In this document: piece after piece, positions 49,060 through 61,838 of the stretch
Layout of the letters: each line of letters opens with the position of its first letter
How positions within the stretch are numbered: the first letter of the stretch is position 1
NCBI RefSeq assembly: GCF_009914755.1
Contig: NC_060940.1
From: the human T2T-CHM13v2.0 reference genome, Homo sapiens
Strand: one strand, 5' to 3'
DNA length: 64,000 nt
The notes under the pieces: generated by a model
Told to the model about the DNA's origin: nothing
The model's database searches: none
The model's input: the letters and a program-made list of their open reading frames with translations, nothing else
Made by a program: the position numbers and the translations under genes

Positions 49060-49570
49060 TTATTCCAATAAGAGGACTGTACATTTCCTTTGGGGAACCA
49101 ATTTTTCCTCAACTTCTGCTCCATCTTCATGAAACATCAATGTGGAGCTCAATTATAGTAGCTCACTTTCCTGCCCTAGACAAGTCAATAGGAGAATTCT
49201 ACTTTTCTGGTCACTGTGCTTTCATTCGGGAGTAGACATGTGACCCAAAGAGGGCTGGACACAGAGTGCCCTGGGGTTCAAACTATGGACATTGGGAGAG
49301 GAGCACCCTACTCCTGTGGAACTCTGAACTGTAAGAAAAACACAGGCTGAAGCTGAAGCTGTCTATGGCTATCTTCCTGGATTTCCTGAAAGAAGCTCTA
49401 ATTATGTATGAAAAAGCAGAGCTATCACATAAAAATAGAAGACAGGAGAAAGGAGAAAATCCTATTGACAGAGACTGGGCCCCTTTATCCAACACCTTGA
49501 TTTCTCACTTATGAGATACAATAAGTTCCTTTATTTTCTTTAAGTTAGTTTGAGTTGTATTTCTATCATG
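49060..49570 (+). mobile_element. Old ERVL/MaLR LTR (LTR16/MLT1K-like)
   Basis: 'catgtgacccaa', end 'aataagttcct...taagttagtttgagttgtatttct'. Confidence 0.5.
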
Positions 49571-51524
49571 GAATATGGATTGCATTTCCTTCACTCTCAT
49601 TTTTGAAGAGGAAAAAGCAAGTCTGCAAGTGAGAAAGTGCAGATGACTCTTCAGTCCAAGCCACATAGAAAACTCTTAACACAGAATAGTTTTACTCCTC
49701 TGAAAGCCATGCACAAGTGAAGTGCTGAAAACAGAGACTTAGGTGGTCAGTAGAGGTGGGTAAGCTCTGTTCTTCCCTCCAGCCTGATGCTGATTCTCAT
49801 TTCCCAAAATTCAGTGATATCACTTAGTCATGATGCAATGATGGAATGCCATCGTTTTCATCCCAAGCATTCTACTTCTGGCACTCATCTAGGAATAATT
49901 TAAATAATAAGAAAAAAAAAGTTGAGCTTGTGGTTGGATAGAATTCCATTTGGAAAGACCAGGACTTCTCAGTTGATTGGTGGCTCTGGGCCCTGGTGAG
50001 CAGAGGCAGAGTGGCCCCCCTGCCTAACCCGCCTTCTCTTCACATCCTGACAGTAGGGGCTCCACCGTCAACCCAGTGGGTGCTGGTGGGGGAGTTAAGT
50101 GAAGGCTAGAGATGCATTTTTCTGATTCACAGTGGGATCTAAGACAAGGCATTTTCCCTTCTGAGCCTTACTTCATTCATAAGTATAATAAAGGAACTGA
50201 ACGAGAGGATTTTAATGGACTTTGATATTCTAAGAGTCTATACCAAGGGACAAAACTTCCTTAAACCACAAGGTATTTGCATATGCTGTTCCCTCTGCCT
50301 GGGTGCCACTCTCTATCTAGTAAATTCCTACTCATTCTTTAGATCACAGCTAATGTACCACTTTCATAGGGATACCTTCTGTGAGTCCAATGAAACTACA
50401 TGCTTCCATTTGAGAAACCTTAGCTGAAATCATTCTGGGGGCTAAATAGTTATTATGTGTTTCTTCTGGTAGATTTTTAGTACCTGGAGAACAGAGATCA
50501 AGTCTACTTTTGAATACTTTAGACTTATGTACCTTGAGTGCATGTGTGGGCATGTACATGTGTGTGAAAGACACAGACAGGGAAGAGCTTTCTCTGCTCT
50601 CTAAAGCTGATATTTGGCCTGAGGAGTCCAAGTAAGTCAGCCTGTTCTCTCTGACAAAACTTGGCCAGTGGGTAGAGTGAGAAGGCATTTTTTTCACATC
50701 TGCCTCTTTAAACAAATAAAATGTTTGGGTTACAGAAATGCCAAAATAAAGAACAGAATGACTGTAACTCAAACTGATTTCAGAGCTTAAGCTGAATTTT
50801 AGCCAGAAGTCAGCTCATTAGCTAGAGCACCTTCAGGGATTTCAGAGCAAGACAGAGAGCAGGCCCATGGAGGGCTGGAGGCACTTCGGTGAAGGTGCAC
50901 TACGTGCAGCACATGGAGAAAGGTGTAGACAAAATTCAGCATGCTGAAGGGGTGGGAAGACGTAGACCCTGCTGCTACATCAACCGTTGTCAGACTCCCA
51001 TGTTCCTCGCCATCCCCTTTCAAGGAATTTTCCTGGTTTTTCCAATCCCACCTGGAAAGTGGGACCCTGGTTCGACCAGAGGAAAAAAGGAAGGGCAGAA
51101 AAGGTGAGAGAGAGAGAGAATATGAATGAGCCACATAGCACCAGATGAGGAGGGACCCAAGAAAGAGAGATGGTTAGAACAAGGAAAGTCCACTGAAGAC
51201 CTCCATCAGAGGAATGAGCAGAACTGAAGGGGCCAGAGACATGCCTTGTTGCCTTAAAAACACAACTGCTTCTTTCCAGCCAACTCTCTCATTTATGTAG
51301 CACAGACCACACAATCTGTGAGTCACCCAGGCATAGAGCCTCTTCCTGAGCCTCACTCGGGCCCACATCACAGAGAAGCTAAGGGCCATTCCCCAACACC
51401 CAAGGGCTGTATTGGAGCTGCACTTTGAATCAGGCCTGACTCAGACGTGTGGTCTATGCAGCACTGTGACGTTCCTCCACACACACAAGCCTTGACCCCA
51501 AAGCCCTTGGCCCCAAATGCCTTT

Positions 51525-52150
51525 CATACAATCAGTTGGTAAACATATATTGAGTGCCATCTAAGTGCCAAGCACTGTGCCAGACATTAAGGGAAACCAT
51601 GTATACATACAGACACAACTTCTGCTCTCACAGAACTTACAGTTTGGTGGGGGGATGGGGGGAGATATAGTTCTCAAATAATAACAATACCAGAGGCAGA
51701 AATTTCTCAAATAATAAATACCAAAGACAGAAAGAAAAAAAAAAAAAAGAGACCAGCACTCAAGGGAAAGAAACAGTGTCCCATTAGACTTTGTAATAAA
51801 GAAACGTGACCTAGAGATATGAGTAAGCACCTACTCGACACCAATCTCTCTACTGAACTCCGAAGGTAGAGAGAAAATGTGATGATATGTCCCCCCGGAA
51901 CTTGCTGCCTGGAATAAGAAAGAGCCAAGTAAACACAGCAATACTGGGTGATGTGTGCTAACATCCTGAGGGCCCTGGGCAGAGCAACTGGGTATTTGGA
52001 AACACAGACCTAAGATCAGAGAAAGGTTTCCAGAGACTGTTACCTCTAACACCGCCTACAGAGAGGGAGTAGAAGCAGCTCAGACACGTATAGAAATATG
52101 CCTTCAATACAAGGCCTCAAGAGCCAGAGCATTAGAATGGTGGATCTAAA
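51525..52150 (-). mobile_element. L2 fragment(s)
   Basis: 'tattgagtgccatctaagtgccaagcactgtgccagac...ctgctctcacagaacttacagt'. Confidence 0.6.
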
Positions 52151-53394
52151 AAATAAAGAGGATCTCTGAGTTTGCAGTCCTATTGCAGCAGGCTAGTGGA
52201 AGCTTGGGGTTATTTTTTTTTTTAATTATGGCTTAAGGTTCACCTTCATTGCTGTAGACCATTTATGTATTTCTAAATCACTGTGTATTAACATCTCTTT
52301 GCATTAAAAAAAAAAAAAATTTAAACCTTGTGGTTAAAAGAAAAAGACTCTCCATTTAGGCCAGGCAGGAATATTCAGATTAGAAAGCTGAATTTTTGTC
52401 TTAATGTATTTTAAGGGGAGAAATTCAGCTCCCTGTCTCTCACTGTCTCCTGAACACCAACAGGAAGTACTAAGTCTGGTTGTGCATGACAGAGGTCCTC
52501 AGATTTGCAGCTGGGGCGCCCAGTCACATTGTGTGGTGAGAGTCAAGTTCAAGAACTCCTCCTTGGCTGGAAAGAGTTCATTTTAACCAAAGAAGCGAGG
52601 GGTCGATGGCCTCTCAAATGAAACAGATAAGGCAAACAGAGGGTTCTTGTCAGAAACAAATGTTATGTCTCTCCCTCCTGAAAAGCTTACAGATGTTATC
52701 AGTAGGAGTCCAGTTGGGCCTAAAACGAGCCCCTAAGAAGTAATATTAACCAGACGCTTGGCAGATCGTTTATTTATCTCCCACTAAATTCAATAAAGAG
52801 ACCCATATATAAATAAGAGAAAATAATGCAACTGTTAGTAATTTATCACTGGATAGAAAAGCTATTGTTGCCCTTATCTCTTCAATGATGTTCTATTTCC
52901 AACTGGTAATGAATTACGAGGTTGCCACATCCCTCCCCAGTGGCAGGTCACTGGGGCCAAGTTGTGGGCTACAGCTCAAAACCCCTTTCAGAAACCTGGT
53001 GGCAGTTGTCTCAGGCTCATGCCCTCTGCCTTTGGAATCCTGTGTGGACAGCCCAAGGCCAAGGCCTGGAATGTCCCTTCTCCTCTGCGGGGGGTGGGGG
53101 AAGACATTATTTCTAAGAAGACCATAGTCTTATCTTTTAGGTGCCTCTGCAGGAGGTGTGGTTAAGAGCTCATTACTAAAGCAGCATTTTACCCCTTATT
53201 TTGAAGTTCCCATCTTCCTTTTGGCCATTTATTCAAACAGTGTGTTCCACTTGGCTTCAGAGAAGTGCGTGAGATGGAAAAATCAATAATTTAAGGCAGT
53301 TTGCATTCTAGAAATCAAAATGGTGGCTTGTTTTATCATAATATTAATCTTATTGATGGTGATGGTGATGATGGTGATGAAGATACTGGTGATG

Positions 53395-54000
53395 ATAGGT
53401 AATATTTACTGCACACTTACTGCATTCCAGATATCATTTTAAGCACTTTATATAAATTATCTCATTTTTATTCTTCATGTAAACTTATGTGTGGGTTTTA
53501 TGTTTAGTTTTCAGGAGGAAACTAAAGCCTGAAACTGTCAGTGCCTTGCCCACTCGCACAGAGCTGGTTAGTGGTGGAGCGGAGACTTAAACACAAGGAT
53601 AGGATATGACTCCATTGTCTTTCCCACTAGCTGAGTTGAACAAATAAAGGACATACCTTCTAGGTGATGTTCATGATGAGGAAGAGCTTCACAGGAAGTG
53701 AGGTCAAAACCATTGGTTGGCATCTTGAATAACAGAATGGAGCCTATGGACTTCTTAGGGCTACTGGAGACATTAACATTTTTCAAGAAGGAAGGCAGCT
53801 TGGCCAGGTTTGAATTTTAGGACTGTAATGACAGCATTACAGGAAATGGTCTATAGTGGCAACAAGGAGTCCATAAGGTAGGGAGACCAAATAGTTTGGC
53901 CATCGAGTAGCTGAGGTAGGAGCAGATAAGAACTTTAAAGGAGGTGATGGCCATGGGGGTGAAGAGGAGGGCACAGTTTATGGAACTAATTGACAGGATG
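53395..54000 (-). mobile_element. MIR followed by an L2 fragment
   Basis: 'atttactgcacacttactgcattccag...gaggaaactaaagc'; then 'gaagccattgg'-like L2 sequence. Confidence 0.55.
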
Positions 54001-54199
54001 TTCTGACACCATGCATGAATTGTCCTGGCAACAAGGCCAAGCCCTAAGTCCCTTAACTTAATTGCATCTTTAATTAGTCTCTTATGAAAGTGTATTCTTG
54101 AGGCTTTTTTGCAATATTTGGGTCCTTTTTCAACCCTTTATGGTATTCCCAAATAAGGGGAGGACCATCTGAACCACCAGTATTGTTGATGGAATAGCC

Positions 54200-54672
54200 A
54201 TCAATTGGGCTACATAATCTTCTGGGGCCTATCCTTTTTCATACCCTCTATCCATCTGGCAATGACATTGGGCCCCTGGCTGAGATGGATTAGAACACAG
54301 GCGGCATGTGACCCAGAGAAGGCTAAGATTTCTTTCCTGGGACTATAGAATAGACACTAAGAGACCCCAGCTTCAGGCTGCCCAGTTATCACAGTAAACA
54401 AATGGATGGCCATTTTCAGTTGTCATTTGGTAAAGACAGTCAGACTACAGCAAGAAAGAGGGAAAGACTAAATCCAAAGACAGGAGCAAAGAAAAGAGAT
54501 GGAGAACATCCTGATGACATGTCAGGTTCAAGTTTGAGCCTGATGGTAGCTCTTTCCTGACCCTTGAGAACCATTAAATATTCCCTAGGCTTAAAATACA
54601 ATGCCCCCTTCCAAGTTCTTGTAGTTCAAACTGATTTCAGTTGCTTATAACCAAAAGACTCCTAACTAAGAA
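54200..54672 (+). mobile_element. Old LTR (LTR16/LTR33-like)
   Basis: 'ggcatgtgacccag', end 'ttgcttataaccaaaagactcctaactaaga'. Confidence 0.55.
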
Positions 54673-55879
54673 GACCTAGTGTCTAACTTGTTTTATAGGA
54701 CCACTGACACCCTCATGATATTTATGCCAGCTTCTTCCTCAAGGCCTTACCAGTTAATTATCTTCCTGGTAACAGAATGGTAAGAATCATAGAAAGTGTA
54801 TTCTCTGGGGAAATATTATGTCCTGCAGACAAAGTTAAAAAGAAAGCTCAATTGTTGAGTATCTACTATACTCAGGCATGTTACCAGATCCAAACATTAG
54901 GTCTGAATCGCATATATTATGGGTTTTAAGAGGGATAATTAGATAGCATAAGTGGGTTACTTATGCTTTTGTGGACTGATCTATGAATGTTCAGCCCCTC
55001 TCCATAAAATCTATGACTACAAAGTCCATGCCATCAAAGAAAGAATCTTCACACCCTCTCTCTGAGTCATGCCATCATGGCTGTGTCTACTGGATATTAC
55101 TGGCTGAACGGATGACCCTCTGCAGAACAGACAAGGAGAACCTATCAATTCTAAGAGACCCAGAGGCTGCCAGAATACAACACACCCACCTTCACTGGAA
55201 ATGTCTTCATTCTTCTGCCTAGAGTGCTGAGAATTGTAACTTATTACTGAGCTAGAAGTCCTTTCTTATTCTCTCTGGGGTATAAATAAATTTTGCTTTG
55301 ATTTTTGGATATCCAATGAGTCTCTTTTTGTTTATACAAAGCCCCACTCAGAGACAAGGTATCTGTTCACATTTATATCTTTAAAGCTAGCAAATGCATC
55401 ATCAGATAGATGTAGACAAGGAATATTCTACAAATGGTCTTCCTTCCCAGCATGGTCAAGGAGGAAGACTGAGACTGAGAATGCCCAGCCTCTGGTTTGA
55501 TAGTGGATATTCCTCACAGCTGTTACTTGTCTTAATGTTTCAATACCATGTGACTTTAAGAGGCTATGTCACAGACTGACCCCATGAAGATAACAAGGAA
55601 GAATAAAGTGTAATTTATCCTGAACCGAGGGGAGGACATGAGAAATGATCATAATTCATCTGTCACATGGACTAAGTAAAATGACCTTGTTGTTCTGGGT
55701 TCTACGAGGCATGTGCTCCAGGTTCCTACTGGCATTGGGAACACAGAAAGTGTGGTTTTGAATAGGTGAGGCATCTCCATGACCCAAACTGCTCTCTGAG
55801 GTCCAAAGAACATATTTTCTCTATCCCACAATCAGGGTGGGGTGCTATTTAACATCTGAAGATGTTCACGTCATATAAT

Positions 55880-56360
55880 TGTAGCTAACATCTTCTCAGC
55901 ACTGACCATATGCTCTGCCACTGTGCTGAACACATTATACGGATTGTCCAATTTCTCATAAAAACCTTGTGAGTTAATTCAATATTTTACACATAAGGAA
56001 ACTGAAGCACAGAAAAATTAAATAAAACTTGTCCCACATAGGACATCAACCCAAAGAGCTTAATTCCAGAAACTGTGCCCTTAAGTGCCTAATTTATTCA
56101 TGCTGATATCTGTATATCAGCCTGGAGATGCAAACATTTGGGACCAGGTAAAGAAGGTGAGGAAAGGAAGTAATATTTGAGTAATTATTATCTGTTTCTT
56201 ATGTGAGAGCCACTTTATGTGCATTATTTTGCTTACATGTCAAAAATAATCCTGTGAAGCTCTGAGATTAAGTGACTTGCTCATTATTAAGTGGCTAAAA
56301 CCGGAGTCTGTATTTGAACTCACATATTCCTGGCTGCAAAGCAGGAATTCTTTCTACTTT
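55880..56360 (-). mobile_element. Two MIR fragments
   Basis: 'ttttacacataaggaaactgaagcacaga' and 'attaagtgacttgctca...tttgaactc'. Confidence 0.65.
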
Positions 56361-57034
56361 TTAAATGTTTCCTTGTGTGTTTTTTTTTAAAGCACTACAC
56401 AAATCACATAAATGACAAAATCAAAATCCCAGGAACTTATTTGAAAGTTTAGCTAAACCAATTGAAATAACTTGAGACAGATATATTTAACTTGGTGCTA
56501 GTCTTCATAACACCTCCTTCTCCCTCAAAAAAAGTCATTTTCCTACCTCATAGTTAAGAGGATATACTCCTATTTTTTACTCTAGAAAGTTTCAGGTTTT
56601 ACATTTAAGTCTATAATACATCTCAAATTAATTTTTGTCAATGGTGTGACGTAGGGCTGTCAAGTTCTTCTATAGGCTTATTCAGATGCTGCACAAAATC
56701 TAACCAACCAAATATATGTAAATCCATTTCTGCACATTATTTTGTTCCATTTGTCCAGTTGTCTATCTTTATACAAATACCATGCTGTCTTTATTATTGT
56801 AACTTTATAGTATGACTTGAAATAAGATGGTTGAAAACCTCTACCTTTTTTGTTTTTGAGATTGTTTTAGCTATTAATAGTCGTTTACATTCCCAGATAG
56901 ATTTTAAAATTGATTTGTCAATTTCTATTAAAAAGCCTGTTGAGATTTTCATTTGAGATTATGTTAAATCTGGAGATCAATTTGGGGAGAATGGACATCT
57001 TGACTATACTAAGTTTACTGACCTAAGAACATAG

Positions 57035-57512
<478 letters not shown>

Positions 57513-58830
57513 CTATTGATAGTTGCCAGTACATAGAAATTTTATTGAGTTTTGTATATTGACATTGTATCCTCCAACTTTAATAAATTTGCTTATTAAC
57601 TGTATTAATTGTCTTAGAGATTCATTAGGATTTTTGTGTAAACAATTATACTGTCTGAAAATAAAGATAGTTTTACTTTTTCCTTTCCAATCTTTTAATA
57701 TTTCTTTTATTTATTTTCTTACCTGATTGCATAAGCTAGGACTTCTAGCACAATATTGAATTGTTGAGAGTGGTCATCCTTGCCTTATGCTTGATCTTAG
57801 AGGGGAAGCATTAATTCTGTAGGTTTTTCGCAAACACTGTTAACCAAATTGAGGAAGTTTTTTCTTTATTACAGTTTGTTATGTTTTTATTGTGAATTAT
57901 TACAAAATCATTGCTGTATTTTGCCAAATGCTTTCTTTTTAAACCTGTTGAGTTGATCATATGCTTTCTTTCCTTTATGTTATCAGTGTGGTTACATACA
58001 TTGATAGATATATTAATAAAATTTAAACGAATCTTACATTCCTGAAATCAACCCCACTTGGTCATTACACATCATCCTTTTTATATATTATTGAACTTGA
58101 TTTGCTCATGTTTTAGAAGATATTTTTCTCTATTCATGAGTAATATTACTTTATAATTTTTTTAAAATAACTTTATCAGATTTTTCTCTCTGAGTTATGC
58201 TGGCCTTAAAAAACGAATTGTAAATGCTCCCTCTTTTATTATTTTCTGAAAGATATTGTATAAGATTGAAATACTTCTTCCTTAAACATCACATAAAATG
58301 CACCAGTGAGTCCATTCATACCTTAAGTATTCTTCATGGGGTAGTTATCCAGCTAGTCTATTTCTTTATGAAAGTTGTATGAAATTTATAGTAATAATGT
58401 TCATATTCCTTTTGTTATCCTTTTTCATTCTCAGTATTTTTGACTTATGGTTTCTATTTTTCTTAATCATCCTAGAGGTGACTTTTGACTTTGTAAATTT
58501 TCTCCATTTTTGTCTTTTTCGCATTAATTTCTGCTCTTGTCTTCAATATTTCCTTTCTTTCATTTAATTTGGGTTTAATTTTATCTTCTCTTTCTACCTT
58601 TTTAAGGTGGGAAATGAGACCATTGAGTTTTACATCTTTTTTTTTGTTCCTTTTCCAATATAAACACATAAAGCTATAAACGTCCATCTAGCATGCTCTG
58701 GGAACATCTCACAAATTTAGATATGTTTTATTTTTATCATTCAGGTAAAAACATTTTCTAACTTTTTTTTATCCTTAATCAAATTTGTTACATAAAAATA
58801 TGATGCTCAATTTTTGAATTTTTAATTTTT

Positions 58831-60587
58831 TTTATTTTTATTTTTTATTATACTTTAAGTTCTGGGATACATGTGCAGAACATGCAGGTTTGTTACATAG
58901 GTATACACGTGCCATGGCAGTTTGCTGTACCCATCAACCCATCATCTACATTAGGCATTTCTCCTAATGCTATCCCTCCCCTAGCCCACCACCCCCCGAC
59001 AGGCCCCAGTGTGTGAGGTTCCCCTCTCTGTGTCCATGTGTTTTCATTGTTCAACTCCCACTTATGAGTGAGAACATGGGGTGTTTGGTTTTCTGTTCCT
59101 GTGTTACTCTGCTGACAATGATGGTTTCCAGCTTCATCCATGTCCCTGAAAAGGACATAAACTCATCCTATTTTATGGCTGCATAATATTCCATGCTGTG
59201 TATGTGCCACATTTTCTTTATCCCGTCTATCATTGATGGGCATTCGGGTTGGTTCCAAGTCTTAGCTATTGTGAACAGTGCTGCAATAAACATACATGTG
59301 CATGTGCCTTTATAGTAGAATGATTTATATTTTGTGTATATACCCAGTAATAGGATTGCTGGGTCAAATGGTATTTCTGGTTCTAGATCCTTGAGGAATA
59401 GCCATACTGTCTGCCACAATGGCTGAACTAATTTACACTCCCACCAACAGTGTAAAAGCATTCCTATTTCTCCACATTCTCTTCAGCATCAGCTGTTTCC
59501 TGACTTTTTAATGATCGCCATTCAAACTGGTGTGAGATGGTATCTCATTGTGGTTTTGACAATTGCTACAAGGGAATAAAATACCTAGGACTACAACTTA
59601 CAAGGGATGTGAAGGACCTCTTCAAAGAGAACTGCAAACCACTGCTCAAGGAAAATAAGAAAGGACACAAACAAATGGAAAAACATTCCATGCTCATGGA
59701 TAGGAAAAATCAGTAGTGTGAAAATGGCCATACTGCCCAAAGTAATTTGTAGATTCAATGCTATCCCCATCAACCTACCACTAACTTTCTTCACAGAATT
59801 AGGAAAAAAAAAAAATCTACCTTAAACTTCATATGGAAAAAAAAAAGAGCCCATATAGCCAAGACAATCCTAAGCAAAAGAACAAAGCTGCAGGCATCAC
59901 ACTACCTGACTTCAAACTATACTTCAAGGCTACAGTAATCAAAACAGCATGGTACTGGTACCAAAACAGATACATAGACCAGTGGAACAGAACAGAGGCC
60001 TCAAAAATAAAATCACACATCTACAACCATCTGATCTTTGACAAACCTGACAAAAACCAGCAATGGGGAAAGGATGCCCTATTTAATAAATGGTGTTGGG
60101 AAAACTGGCTAGCCATATGCAGAAAACTGAAACTGGACCCCTTCCTTACACCTCATACAAAAAACGAACTCAAGATGGATTAAAGACTTAAATGTAAGAC
60201 CTAAAACCATAAAAACCCTAGAAGAAAACCTAGGTGATATCATTCAGGACATAGGCATGGGCAAAGACTTCATGATGAAAACACCAAAAGCAATGGCAAC
60301 AAAAGCAAAAATTGACAAATGAGATCTAACTAAATGAAAGAGCTTCTGCACAGCAAAAGAAACTATCATCAGAGTGAACAGGCAACCTACAGAATGGGAG
60401 AAAATTTTTGCAATCTATCCATCTGACAAAGGGTTAATATCCAGAATCTACAAAGAACTTAAACAAATTTACAAGAAAAAAACAACCCCATCAAAAAGTG
60501 GGCAAAGGATATGAACAGACACTTCTCAAAAGAAGATATTTATGCTGCCAACAAAGATATGAAAAAAAGATCATCACTCGTCATTAG
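58831..60587 (-). mobile_element. 5'-truncated, 5'-inverted L1PA (PA7-like): minus 3' segment 58831-59559 plus inverted segment 59559-60587
   Basis: T-rich tail and 3' UTR on the minus strand; strand switch at 'gtggttttgA/Acaattgctac'; ~15-bp TSD g(a/g)attttt(a/c)attttt (58816-58830 / 60587-60601). Confidence 0.9.
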
Positions 60588-61000
60588 GATTTTTCATTTT
60601 TAAATAGCTTATTATTATTTCTAATTTAATTCCTTTGTTAGCAGAGCACATGCTACAAAAAAATTAAGTCTCTTGTGTTTTACTGAGATGTAGTTTATTT
60701 GAGACCACTATATGGTCTATTTTGGTGAACTTCCATGTGTACTTTACAAGGATGTGTATTTTGTTGTTATAGTAGTCTATTAATGGCAAGTTAAATTAGG
60801 TTTATAATAATCTTGTTCTAATCTTCTATATCGTTACTGATTTACAAATCATCTATTTGTCCTGTGAATTACACCACGAAATATGCTAACTTCTCAATTA
60901 GGATTGTGGGTTTTTCTGTTCCTCGTTTTTGTTTTGTCACTTCTTTTCTATGTGTATTTTGAAGCACCGTTATTGGTTGCATACAATTTTAGAATTGTTA

Positions 61001-61296
<296 letters not shown>

Positions 61297-61838
61297 TTAT
61301 TATGAAGTGTCTATGTTTCTGATAGCATTCCTAAGACTGATGCCTATTTAATCCGACAGTAGTATAGCAACAAGAATTTCCTTGAGCTTAATGTCTTTAT
61401 GGTATATCTTTTTCTACACTATTATTTTCAACTTACTTCTTTCTTCGTATTTATAGGGAATCTCTCATAGACATATGTTGATTCTTGTTGCCACTTGCTA
61501 AAAAATAAGTTTAACAATCACTGTCTTTTATTTGGACTCTTTAGACCATTTACATTCAACTTATTTGTTTATGTTGTTAGATTTAAGGATACATCTTGTT
61601 ATTTGGCCCATCTATTTTTATCCTTCCCTTAGTCTGCTTGCCTCCTTTTGGGATAAGTCTTTATTTTATTTTTTATTACTTTAAATATTCCCCTTCATTA
61701 GCTTCACTAGATTTTGTGTTATACTTCTCTGTATTATTCTGGAGGTTCTTCTAGAGATTGTGAGTCTTTAAATAATACTATATTTAGAGTTTTGACTTTA
61801 TATAGCATGTACAAAGTTTGCAAAAATATAATTCTATT

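Noticed and set aside
50780-53300. Overlapping short ORFs in moderately GC-rich unique sequence
   Set aside because: Lengths are compatible with chance, there are no motifs, and I could not build an exon chain
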